Translations under genes and position numbers: made by a program
Assembly: GCA_951406725.2 (NCBI GenBank)
Contig: OX597826.1
Span: 620,001-684,000 of the forward strand
DNA length: 64,000 nucleotides
Origin: Octopus vulgaris
Lineage: Eukaryota
Reading direction: 5' to 3'
The notes under the pieces: model-generated
The model's database searches: none
What the model was told of the DNA's origin: nothing
Seen by the model: only the letters and a program-made list of their open reading frames with translations
Shown here: piece by piece, positions 1 to 14,204 of the stretch
Numbering within the stretch: the first letter of the stretch is position 1
Layout of the letters: every line of letters begins with the position of its first letter

Positions 1-1230
1 ATCTGCTATAAATTATTTTAAAATCTGTTATTAATTTGTTCCTTTTTTATTATTGTTGAAGAACTGGGAGGTACCTTTTTGCAGTATTGATGAAGTCGTG
101 ATTTCTTGGGTTGTGGGTGATGACAAAAGGAATGCTTATGAGTTCATCTTTATTTTTGTGTGTTTGTTTTCCTCTGAGGTCAATAGTTGTGATGTTTCTT
201 GCTTTGGTGATTGCCGTGTCAATTAATCTAGTGGGATACTTTTGTTCTTTTAGAAATATTTCTAACTCTGCATCTATTACTACAGTGCAAATTCGTTTTG
301 CTATATCAAAGGTTATGTTTCTTTTGGTATGTGAGGAATGGGAGGAATGAAAGTTCAAATATTGGTGTGTGTCTGTAGGTTTATAAAGAGATCTGTTTTA
401 TGGTGTTATCTTCTTTAATTAGAAGTATGTCTAAATATGTTAATTCCTTTGTGTGTTGTTTCATGGTGAATTTTATTGAAGTATGTAAATTATTTAAAAG
501 TGAGTGAAAGATTTCTAAGTCTTCTTGGTTTTCGGTCCAAAATACAAAACAGTCATCCAAATACCATTTCCACTTGTTTGGTTTCTTTTTATATAAACGG
601 AGAATTGTTCGTTAAATGTTTCTCTTTGTTGAGAATAGTGTTTAACATCTAAGAAGCCAGTACAAGTGTTGCATAAATAGGGCTACTTTTTTCCCCATCG
701 CTGTTCCTTTTATTTGTTAGTAGAAGTTGTCGAAGAAGGAGTGATTATTTTCCAGTATTAATTTTAATCCTTTTAAAATGAAGGTTTCTGAGAATCTTTC
801 CAATACGATTCAGGTGCTTTGTTAATCAGAAATGTATAGCTTCAATTCCTAGGTTGTTTGGGATATCCGTGTATAGACTAGAATTGTCTCCTGGTGGACA
901 CTTTTAGGTATGTAGTTTAAAAAGTCCATATCATCCAGGACAAAGCATGGTATCATTTTGCATAAAGGGTTTAGAACTACATCTATTAAGTGGTTTAAGC
1001 GTTGTGCACTGGATGCTAGTCCTGCAATGATTGGGCGTAGTTTCAGGTCTCTGGATTTCGGAATTTCTACATATGTTGAATTGTTTTCTTTTATATTTTA
1101 TCTTAGATTTCTTTTGATTTGTGGATCTTGGGTAATCCATAGAAGTTACTGGTTTTTATTTCGAAGTTGGTCAAAAAATTAACTTCATTTTCAGTTACGT
1201 TATTATGATATTTTGTCTATGTATCTTGCT
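1..1230 (-). pseudogene. Degenerate Penelope-like element RT (Neptune-like), runs off window start
   Basis: Minus-strand motifs across frameshifts: PKIHK..RPIIAG (~1010-1130), GTAMGKK (~690-710), WKWYLDDCFVFW (~540-575), YKPTDTHQYLNFHSSH, and ORF 50-358 with PFVITHNP (PLE thumb/linker). Confidence 0.85.
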
Positions 1231-1269
1231 CATTGTATTTTTATTCTCGTTATATCGAAGAAATCGGTA

Positions 1270-2050
1270 TAGGTGTTGCAGGTCCAATCATTATCCTTAA
1301 AGTGAATTAGTTTTCCTAGCAGCCAGGATGATATCAAAGTCAGATCGACAAATAGGTGCGTACTTTCGAGCGAATATTAAGGGATCATTTAAGAGAGTTG
1401 GTGATATTGAATAATAATAATTTGAGATGTCAAACTGAAGAAAATGGGTGCTCTGTTTATCAGGAAGAGATGTGAACCAAGTGATGACGTCACCAGTACA
1501 ATTCCGGAGCGGAAGCTTAACGTTAGTCCTAACTAGGGGAAGAATACAGTCAATAATGCATTTACTAATTCGACCCAAGTTTGATTCAGTGAGGCAGACT
1601 AGTCTAATAGAATGCTTAGTGGAGAAGTTGGGTTTGTGTCCTTCAAGGTGAAGTGGTGGGGTTTAGATATATATGGTTCAGTTCTATTTAGTAAATTTAG
1701 ATCAGCGATGAGCTTGCAATGGATGTTGTTAATGTCCTTAAGAGCATTCTCATGTGCATGTTTATAATTTGCATTTGGTTCCACTGATATGAGGTTGGTG
1801 TACGTTTCCAAGGGGAGGGAGTAAAGATTTCCAGTTTTGTCTGAAAAGACGTGCAGGTGTGATGAACTACAAAATTATATCTAAGATAAGGAATTCACCA
1901 CACATTAATATATAGAAGCTGAAAACATCCAATATTTCCATCGGAAGGATGAGAGACACATTTTTTGAAACAGCTGTAAAGATGTATCTTCATATTACAC
2001 TATGATTATATAAATGTAGTGAATTCATATCACTTATAATTGTCCATCAT
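1270..2050 (-). pseudogene. Degenerate PLE RT N-terminal fragment of the same type as the 47.7-53 kb element, with decayed inverted pLTR at ~1920-2050
   Basis: ORFs 1599-1811 (HFTLKD) and 1297-1578 (GRISKCIID..WF..FLQFDISNYYYSIS..LIFA..ARK) align by eye with ITLKDHK..GKLSKFILD..WF..FIQIDIDNYHSSIN of ORF 50025-52061. Confidence 0.8.
1939..1984 (+). ncRNA. Degenerate minimal hammerhead motif
   Basis: catc...gaaac-agct-gta-aagatg: palindromic stem III (acagctgt), GUA triplet, catc/gatg stem I; CUGANGA core decayed (ggaagga). Confidence 0.4.
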
Positions 2051-2061
2051 CTTTGTTTCTT

Positions 2062-2280
2062 TTCTTTCTGCATACGCACACACACACACACACACACACA
2101 CTCTCTCTCTCTCTCTCTCTCTCATATGCACACGCGCGCGCCCGTGTATGTGTGAGTGTGTATATGTGTGTATGCATATATGTATGTATGTATGTATGTA
2201 ATGTATGTATGTATGTATGTATGTATGTATGTATGTATGTATGTATGTATGTATGTATGTATGTATGTATGTATGTATGT
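2062..2280. repeat. Compound microsatellite (CA)n(CT)n...(TATG)n
   Basis: Directly visible. Confidence 0.95.
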
Positions 2281-2630
2281 CGGTTGGTAGATAAGTAGGT
2301 AGGAAGTAAGTATGCTGCTACAAAATATTCCAGTATTTCTGCTTTAGAAAATCATTTATCAAGTGACAATCGCTATTATCGCATGATAGAACGATAATAT
2401 TGAAATATGCGCTGACAGAGTTGGCCAGTGTTTCTGTCTGCTGCATGTTTTCAACCCTTTCTAACTTGTATTGTACAGGCTTCTCAAAACACTTTAACAT
2501 TCACACCCACAGATTCCCTCTCACCCCATCCCGCCATTACTCACTCATTCATTTACTCTCTCACTCACTCAATCTCTTACTCATACGCTCACACGCATAG
2601 ATACCTACGTACAATGTCAATGTATACGTA

Positions 2631-2633
<3 letters not shown>

Positions 2634-2710
<77 letters not shown>

Positions 2711-2880
2711 TTTGTGTGCCTATACATATAAATATATATTACTCATGCATATACATACATACATGTATGTGCACACATGCACATACATACACATATATAC
2801 ATATAAACATATATACACACATATTTCTATATCTACTAATCTATCTACTTACCTACCTATCTATCTATCCATATAGAGAA
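2634..2880. repeat. (TA)n(TG)n microsatellite and low-complexity tail
   Basis: Directly visible. Confidence 0.9.
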
Positions 2881-2970
2881 GGGAAAATTTACCATGAGAA
2901 AAGCGAAAAATGAAAGAGAGAGAGACAAAGAAAGTGAGAGGAAGAAAGAGAAATTGAGAGAGAGAGAGAT

Positions 2971-3500
2971 GTTTTCTAATGTTGTCACAGATCTTGAAAT
3001 TTTAAAATTGATCGAAAATTTTCAAATTTCGTATATTGATGTACTTTTTCACGCTGAATCCGAGTTCGTGATTTATTTATTCCAGAAAAATTTTAGAAAA
3101 ATGTTCTAGCAATTTAAAGTTTGATCATTCTTATCGTCAGAAAACAGGGTTTGTACGTGAAAGCTTTGATAAAATGAGAATAAACATTAGAAAACGAAGT
3201 TTTAAACAAAATGAAAGCAATGCGTGAGTGTTAATAGATATACAGAGAGAGAGAGAGATGGAGAGTAACAAAGTGTGTGGTAAATATATATAGAGATAGA
3301 GTGATGGTGATAGATAGAGAGTGGGCGAGTTGTCGATCTAAAAAGTTGAATTATTTCTCATAGAAAATTATATTTTTATTATTACTGTTTACGGACAACC
3401 ATCTCGTTGGAACGCAGATTTCGAAAATCAACTTCGATTTTCTCGAGGACGAGCCGTTTCAGAGCTTTTTGCTGGCTAAAAACACCCACACACATAACCA
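2971..3500 (-). mobile_element. Interspersed repeat fragment, possibly Helitron/Helentron-like; homologous copy at ~58670-58790
   Basis: cttgaaattttaaaa..gctgaatc..ttccagaaa..tttagaaaaatgtt shared between 2993-3108 and 58671-58788; class assignment is inference. Confidence 0.45.
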
Positions 3501-3502
3501 CA

Positions 3503-3893
3503 TACTCTTTTACTCTTTTGTTTCAGTCATGTGACTGTGGCCATGCTGGAACACTGCCTTTAGTTGAGCAAATCGACCCCAGGACTTATTCTTTGGAAGC
3601 CTAGTACTTATTCTATCGGTTTCTTTTGCCGAACTGCTAAGTTACGGGGACGTAAACACACCAGCATCGGTTGTCAAGCGATGTTGGTGGAGGACAAACA
3701 CAGACACACAAACATATACACACACATACATATATACGACGGGCTTCTTTCAGTTTCCGCCTACCAAATCCACTCACAAGGCTTTGTTCAGCCCGAGGCT
3801 ATAGTAGAAGACACTTGGCCAAGGTTCCACGCAGTGGGACTGAACTCGGAACCATGTGGTTCGTAAGCAAGCTACTTACCACACATCCACTGC
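3503..3893 (-). mobile_element. tRNA-derived SINE, family A (central CA/TA microsatellite)
   Basis: Reverse complement begins with tRNA-like head (gtggtaagtagcttgc...ggttccgagttcagtccc) and ends in (gagtaaaa) tail; near-identical to copies at 30354, 33474, 35931. Confidence 0.9.
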
Positions 3894-4314
3894 TTTTGTG
3901 AAATAGATAATGAAAAAAAAACGTTTTTCAACTAATTTTTTAGATGCTATTTTAAAAATATAGAACACCGGGGGTAATTCAGTAAATTGCTGTTATTTCA
4001 ATGGTTGATACGATGAATATCTGCTGCCTTTTAATTTATTGAATGCACTAGACATTACCTTGCTTATCGTAATTACCATTAAGCTCAGTTCCACGATACG
4101 AAAATATATAATTGTCATGAAACAGATATCGTTCTTCCTGCCTTATGTCAACACAGAAGCGGAGCGTACATGCGTTTGTCTTTATATCGTATTAGGTTGT
4201 TGCTCACGCGTGCATGTGAGAGTGAGTGGGTGGTTGAGTGCGTACTTGTGGTGTGTGTGTGTGTGTGTGTGTGTGCAGGATGTATTTATGGATGGAAGGA
4301 TTGATATGTATATA

Positions 4315-4327
<13 letters not shown>

Positions 4328-4360
<33 letters not shown>

Positions 4361-4541
4361 GAAACAGAGACAGACAGGCAAACAGACAGATATAGGTAAA
4401 TAGATCGACAGATAGGCAGATAGTTAGATCGACAGGCAGACAGACAGATAGATAGATAGATTAACAGACAGACAAATAGATACATAGACAGACAGATAGA
4501 CAGACAGACAGACATATAGACAGACAGACAGACAGACAGAC

Positions 4542-4597
<56 letters not shown>

Positions 4598-4657
4598 TAA
4601 CAGACAGACAGATAGCTACACAGACAGACAGACAGATAGACAGATAGATAGATAGAC

Positions 4658-4754
<97 letters not shown>

Positions 4755-4755
4755 T
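4328..4755. repeat. (GA)n/(GACA)n/(GATA)n microsatellite
   Basis: Directly visible. Confidence 0.95.
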
Positions 4756-4904
4756 ACCCGTGCTTAATGTTAGGAATCGAAAATGTTTAGCTTGAATCTC
4801 TGCGACGGATGTGACCCACTTTAAGCAATCTCACTCATCAACTCTGATGTCTCATCACAATCAACGCTCGCTGAAAGCTAATCTCGCTTCTCTCAAATAT
4901 ATCA

Positions 4905-4986
4905 TCTCTCTCTGTCTCTTCCTTCATACCTTTCTCTTTCTTTCTTTCTTTCCCTTTCTCTCTCTTTTCTTTTTTCTCTCCTTTTC

Positions 4987-5031
<45 letters not shown>

Positions 5032-5400
5032 CTCACCCTGCTTCCATTCTCTCTCACTCTTTTTCTCCCTTTATTTCTCTCCTTGCCTCTCTCCTTCTGT
5101 GTTTCTCCCCCTCTCTCTCTCTCTCTCTCTCTTTGCTTTCTCCTCTGTTTCTCTCTCTTTCTCTCTCCATCTCTTTCCTTTTTTCTCTCCCTTTCTTACT
5201 CTCTCTCTCTTTCTCTCTCCATCTCTTTCTTTTTCTTTCTCTCTCTTACTCTCTTTCTTTATGTCTCTTATTCTCTCTCTCTCTCTCTTACTCTGTCTTT
5301 ATATCTCTTTCTCTCCCTCTCCCTCTCCCTCTCTCCCTCTCCCTTTCTTTCTCTCGCTTTACCTCTCCATCCTTCTCTTTCTCCCCCTCCCTCTCTCACT
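4905..5400. repeat. Polypyrimidine (CT-rich) low-complexity tract
   Basis: Directly visible; source of spurious Leu/Ser ORFs. Confidence 0.95.
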
Positions 5401-6287
5401 CAGTGCCTCCTTCATTGTCTTTGACTCATGTATCCTAGTTAAAATGGCGTATGACGCAAATGGAGAGAGATTCTAAATTGACTTTCTAAACAAACAACTC
5501 CGAATGATGCATATTATATTCCTGCAACTCTCATTCGCCATATTAAGTATTTTATTCTATTCAATGGCAAAATCAATAGTGTTCTAAATTCTTCCTATTT
5601 AATAGATTTCTGAGAATTAACCAACATTGAAGAAATTCTTTTATACAATGAGCAGCCTGCCTTTCCTTTCTTACTTCTTTTCTTTAGGTTTTTCTTTCTT
5701 TTTTTCTGGTGGAGGAGGGAGTGCCATCGAAGAATATAGGCAACCTGAAGCAAAGGAACTATCAACATCTGATTATCATCACCTGCGACACATTTTTATT
5801 CCGTCATTTATCTTTTATTTTTCTTCGTGTTTCTGTCATCGGATTGCGACCATGCTGGGGCACCACATTGAAATATTTAGATCTTTAGTCGTACAACTCA
5901 ACCCAAGTACTTAGTCTTTTTAAAATTTGGTACTTATTTTATCGTTCGCTTTTGCCGAACCGCTAATTTCGTTTCTTTTCCTAAATTTTTTAATTCATAC
6001 CATTTTTTAATTTGAATTTTTAAAAATATAATTTTAGACTTTACAAACTAAACAAAGCGTATCTTTTTCAAAATATTTAAAAATTAAGACAAATTTTAAA
6101 ATTTTGTATACGAATTGTTCCAGTAATTTTTTTTAGTTCACATCTTGTCCATAATGGAATCAAAATGATTGAGAGCCATTACAATAACGTGTAACTTTCG
6201 GAAAATTTGGTTACTATTTCAAGCAGGACAGGCAGGCAACCACGTAGAGCTGGAATGAGGAACCATTTTAGTACTAACGGCAAATTG

Positions 6288-6706
6288 GGATCTTTTCGGT
6301 TTGAACGGCAGTTTTTTTTAATAATTTCCACGTAACTAAACACTTTTAAACTTCGTATACTGGTAGAATGTGTTTATAAAACATCTTTTTCTCTTGGCTT
6401 TATTGAGAAAATTTTATAGTTTGTAAGATATTTGTTGTTTTTCTTCAATTTCTGCAATTTCAACCAATCAGTGACGTCTATTGAGTTAAAAAGCATTCTG
6501 TGCCGTATGAATATGTCCCTCGTTTAAGAAACAGATTGGGTTTATTTACATTTGTGAAGAAAAAAAGATACCCTTCCTCCACCCCTAACTAACCCTAACT
6601 CTAAAAGAGATTGAAATGCAATAGATTGATTCTAGGGTTATAATTATGGGTGACAATTTCATATGACACCGCTAGAAAAAAACTGCCGTTCAAACCGAAA
6701 AGATCC
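6288..6706. mobile_element. MITE with ~31-bp TIRs and 8-bp TSD (Merlin/MULE-like GG..CC ends)
   Basis: ggatcttttcggtttgaacggcagttttttt / aaaaaaactgccgttcaaaccgaaaagatcc; flanks gcaaattg (6280-6287) and gcaaatta (6707-6714). Confidence 0.9.
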
Positions 6707-7055
6707 GCAAATTACAGGTACCTAAGGACCTGTTAGAGTGGTTGTGTACTAAGAAAAAATTTTGATATTTACAAATACATATTTATGTCACTGATGTAAA
6801 GTTATCGTTTTGGTGGAGTGGATTAAATCGTGTTTTTAAAGTTTACAGATTTTGTCAGCCCCGGAGGAGGAATTCGATTTCAATGTTAGGTAAGGCTTCT
6901 ATCGCATTCGAGGTATTCTTTCTTCCGACGTAGAAGATCCCTCGTTTCGAGTGTATGTGTGTTAATTATAATGATATAAGTATACCCGTGTCAGCAAAGT
7001 GCTGAGAGCATTGTTAATTATAGAGAGTAGCTTGTCGGTGCAAATGAGATTTAAT

Positions 7056-7370
7056 ATTGGTTTCAAATTTTGGCACAAGGCCAGCAATTTCATGAGCGGC
7101 GGTAAATCGATTACATCAACCCCAGTGGTCTACTGTCACTTATTTTATCGATACTGAAAGGATGAAATACAAAGTCGTTCTCGGCGGAATTTCAACTTAG
7201 ACCGTAAAGACGGACGAAATGCCGCTAAGCATTTTGCTTGGTATTTCGTACGTCTTCACGTTCTGAGTTCAAATTCTGCTGAAGTCGACTTTACCTTTCA
7301 TGCTTTCAGGGTCGATAAAGTAGGTACCAATTGCGTACCGGGGTCGATCTAGCCGACTCGACCCCTGCCA
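7056..7370. mobile_element. Two opposed fragments of SINE family B (Meta/MESC-like core)
   Basis: gttctgagttcaaattc..gtcgactttacctttcat..gggtcgataaa..taccaa on + (7260-7350) and its reverse complement at 7056-7235. Confidence 0.75.
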
Positions 7371-7440
7371 CAACACTGATTCTGAGGAGGCATGATTGTT
7401 GTTGTTGCTGTTGTTGTTGTTATTGTTGCTGCTGTTATTT

Positions 7441-8843
7441 ATGGTTTCCTTTCATTGTAACTTTATTTCAGCTGCCTTATTACCGGGCATCCTCTGGAGG
7501 CCAAGAGTAGCAAGGGCACTTTTGCTATGCATGCTGAAATTATCACCACATTTATTCCATTTTAGATGAAGAGTGTATTCCGTATTATATGGGCTGTACC
7601 CATCAAGGTTATCTTTTGTAGTTCACGGAGACTGGATTTACCAGGGAGTTGTTTAATAAATTTCTCAGCTCCCTTCTTTATCACTCCTAACGCACCAATT
7701 ACTACTGATATTATCGTAGTATCAAGCTTCCACATTTTTGTGATGTCAATTTGCAGATCTTTATAGTGAGAAAGCTTTTCGTATTCCTTTCTTGAGACAT
7801 TTTGATCTTGTGGGACAGACTTATCTATTAACAGACAAATTCCTATGTCGTAGTCCTTGATCACAATGTCTGGTCGATTGGAGTCAATTTTTCTGTCTGT
7901 TTGTGTTGGGAAGTTCCAAAGGATGGTAATGCCCCCGCCATTTACTACATCTTCTAAATGTGCCTATACCACTAATCATGGAATTTAATTTTGTAGTATT
8001 TATAAGCAATCTTGTGGATGTACTGCCCTAGTTTGTCATGTATTATGAGGTGCTCCTTTTCAGCGAGAATTGGGCAGCCAGAAACAACATGATCGATTGT
8101 CTCTGTGAAATTTCCGCAAATTCTGCACGAGGGGTCAAATCCATCTTTAAGGACGTTCTGCTAGGCAAGATCTGATCTTGCACTGCAATAACAAAACCTT
8201 CTGTTTTCCCCTTTCAGACCTGTCCTTTGTAGCCATTGGTGTGTCAGATTTTGATCAATATCTGGCTTGGACAGGCAGTTAGGGTATTTTCCATGCAGGA
8301 GTTTACCTTTCCAGTTGTCTTCGATGTTATTCATGCCAGCCTTCTTTCCTTTTTGTTTGATGTTTTTTTGCATCAGTGATAGGTCTGTCACTATTTGGAT
8401 CTCGTTGGTATTTCTGGTTGTTAATTTCTAAATTAGGAGAAGCGATGGTAGGTCTGTCAGTATTTAGGTCTCTTTGGTCATTCTTATTGTTAACTTGTAG
8501 GCCAAGACACATTTTAAATTTCTGATTTTGCTTCATGACTCAAGCTTGCTTGGAATTTTCATGATTCAGTTCAGTTCGTAAGAGAACATCACTAGTTGTA
8601 TTAAGGTACATTTCAAGTCCTATTATTGCTGAGTTGAAGGATTGCTCGAGTTGCATCAGGCCTCTTACACCTATTTTGGTGGGGCGAGGGGGGGGGGAGA
8701 TAAATCTGTCTACATCTGATTTTGGCTTGTGCATTCGGTACCTTGTAAAGATTTACGAATCTTTCCATCCATATTCTGCATGTCAGTGCAACTCCACTTA
8801 ATGATACCGAAGCTATATGTGGTTACTGGTATGGGCAAAGAAT
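7441..8843 (-). mobile_element. 5'-truncated R4/Dong-like non-LTR retrotransposon (RT C-term, CCHC finger, restriction-like endonuclease), degenerate
   Basis: MHKPKSDVDR..GRGLMQLE; LHGKYP; CRIC..ETIDHVVSGC; WNFPTQTDRKID.NRPDIV..LLID..P..KEYEKLSHYKDL..W..VVIGALG. Confidence 0.85.
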
Positions 8844-8873
8844 TATTATTATCATTATTATTATTATTATTAT

Positions 8874-8926
<53 letters not shown>

Positions 8927-8927
<1 letters not shown>

Positions 8928-9121
8928 GCAGCGAGCTGGCAGAATCTTCTGCACGTCGGGTAAAATGCTTTTACCGGCATTTCGTTCGCCTTCACGTTCT
9001 GCGTTCAAATTCAGCCGAATTATCGAGGTCGATAAATTAAGTACCAGTTGAGTACTGAGGTCGATGTGATCGATTGTACTCCTCCCCAGAAATTACGGGC
9101 CTTGTGCCTATAATAGAAAGG

Positions 9122-9122
<1 letters not shown>
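8927..9122 (+). mobile_element. SINE family B inserted in (TAG)n/(ATT)n tract
   Basis: ggcagcgagctggcagaatc head, gttcaaattc B-box-like, gtcgataaattaagtaccag core, gattattatt tail. Confidence 0.85.
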
Positions 9123-9187
<65 letters not shown>

Positions 9188-9210
9188 GTTATTATTATTA
9201 TTATTATTAT

Positions 9211-11250
<2,040 letters not shown>

Positions 11251-11735
11251 ATTGTCTTTGCACAGCTTCTAATGCTGAAAATGTACTACGGTAACACACC
11301 TTATTTTTCGAGCACCATCCAGAGTATTCGAACGGTTCCAAGCAGTGCCGTTTTCTGCAAATGTTCCACCTATATTGCAGCCCCTATTATTAGTAGTAGT
11401 AGATTTTTACTCACTGTTCCCAGGACTCCGACAATTATTGGTACTACTACCACCTTTTTCAGCGACCACAACTGTTTAACCTTCCAAGCTAACTTGTTAT
11501 ATTTTTCGACTTTTCTTTCTTCCTTATCGTATACCTTGTTGTCAGCTGGGCATGCTGTGTCTATGATCCAGCATGATTTGCTTTCTTTCTCAAATAACAC
11601 AATATCTGGTTTCCTATTCTCTATCTCATGGTCGCACTGAATCATAAAATCCCATAGGATCTTTGCATTATCATTTTAATTGATGCCTTCTGGTTTATGT
11701 TCGTATCACTTTTTTGCTCTGTCAAGTCCATACTT

Positions 11736-12125
<390 letters not shown>

Positions 12126-12834
12126 AAGTCCATACTTGTTGCAAAGTGTCTAATGGACAATCTTTGCTATATTGTCATGACGTCTCTTATGTTCTTTCTG
12201 GGTTAGCAGCGACTGATAATATGCCATACGGTTTCACCATTTTGCCCACAAGTTTTGTACTTCTCACTTTCTGATGTGTTGTCTATTCTGTATTTGATGT
12301 AATTGTTTCTTAATGCTTGCTCTTGAGCAGCACAGATTAGAGCCTCCATTTCTGGTATTAAATCACTTTTAGTCATTCTCTGCCTGTCTTATCTTCAGGA
12401 TCCCTATGAAATTGTCCATGCATTCTTTTCTTATCAGCACTGAAAGTATACACCGTATCAACGAGGGAACTGACTTGGGATTCATCTTTGAATAACAAGT
12501 AGTTGACTTTTTGTTGGCGGCTCTTTGCTTTCCTCAGAATCAGTCTTAGTTGTATCACGAACAGCATAAAGATCAGTGGGGACAGGTAGTCTTCTTGGAA
12601 GAAGTCTATCCTGATTTCTATTGTCCTTAAACTTCTTCCTTATGCTGTCAATTCCATCTGCCACTTCGCCATACTTTTTCCAAGCAATCGTTCAACATTC
12701 GATGCAATACCAAATAAGTTCATACATTCCATAATCCAAGAATGTGGGATCATATCGTACGCCTTACGATAAACTACCCATGACATGGTTAAGTTAGTTT
12801 TCCTCCTCTTGAAGTCTACTATTATTATTATTAT

Positions 12835-12884
<50 letters not shown>

Positions 12885-12887
12885 ATG

Positions 12888-12969
<82 letters not shown>

Positions 12970-13212
12970 TAATAAAACCAGTTTCAGCTTTAATCGAACC
13001 AAACCTATCTTCAACCACATTCCATCTAGCCATTTTTCCAGGAATAATATACCACCTCCACCAGACTACGTCATACAATGTGACCTTTTCTTTATAAGAC
13101 AAAAGGGTGTAGCTTCACCCAGACTCGGAAAGGGTAGATTTTCTTTTTGCATACACAAGACCTAAACTATTAAACTCATCTTACCACCCCCATATTAATA
13201 CCACACACACAC

Positions 13213-13267
<55 letters not shown>

Positions 13268-13735
13268 TACAAACACTCATACATACACGCACACAGAAAC
13301 GACGAAAAAAACGTAATCTCAAAATCAAAGTCGCGAAAGATTGTTGGTTAAACTGAAGCAACTTCGTAGCTATTTTCAACCTGTTTCCACAATGCTAAAA
13401 CCATTTCTTCAGTCTTTTTTCTTTACTATCCCTTTCTTTAACAAAAGTCAGCTGTTCTTGTCATTCCGTATCTCTTTTTTGTGTATGGAGTGGGGATTGA
13501 AATACGCTGAGGGAAGCTTCTTTTCTTCAAAACTTGATTTCCTCTTCCCAACATTTTCCTGTTTTCCCATTTTGGATTCTACACGTTTTGTAAATAGTTC
13601 TTCATTTGAGGAGTGTTTTTTTTCTTTTTCGATACTCATTGACTCTCTTCTTCCTTCATCTCTTTCACAGTATAACCGGTACACACCGATTGGGAATGGG
13701 GCGCATGCTTGTTTTCTCATCCTTTCTAACATAGT

Positions 13736-13789
<54 letters not shown>

Positions 13790-14204
13790 TTCTCACCTTG
13801 AACTTTCAACCTTGAACTTGTTCGCATAAACTGTCCCGTTTGTTGTATTTTTATTTTTAAATTCATTTCATGCTTTCCACATTTTCCTGCATTTTTGTTC
13901 TCCTTTCCGTCTTTCTTCCCTCTCTGGATGTCCATACTCTGTTTCCTCTGCCTGCACCCCCCTTTTTTGCCTCCCCCTCTCTCTGCTTCCCTTCTTTCTT
14001 TCCCTTTTCCGTTTGCCCCGTCTTTTCTGCCCCTATCGCTTACTTATCTAGTTTTTTCATACGATTATTATTTTTTTGTTTTTTTGAACGTTTGTTTTTT
14101 CCCCTTTTTTCACTATCCTTTTTTTCTATTTTTTCATACGATAATTTTTTGTTTTTTGTTTTTTTTGTTTTTTCGAACGTTTGTTTTTTTTCCGCTATCC
14201 CATC

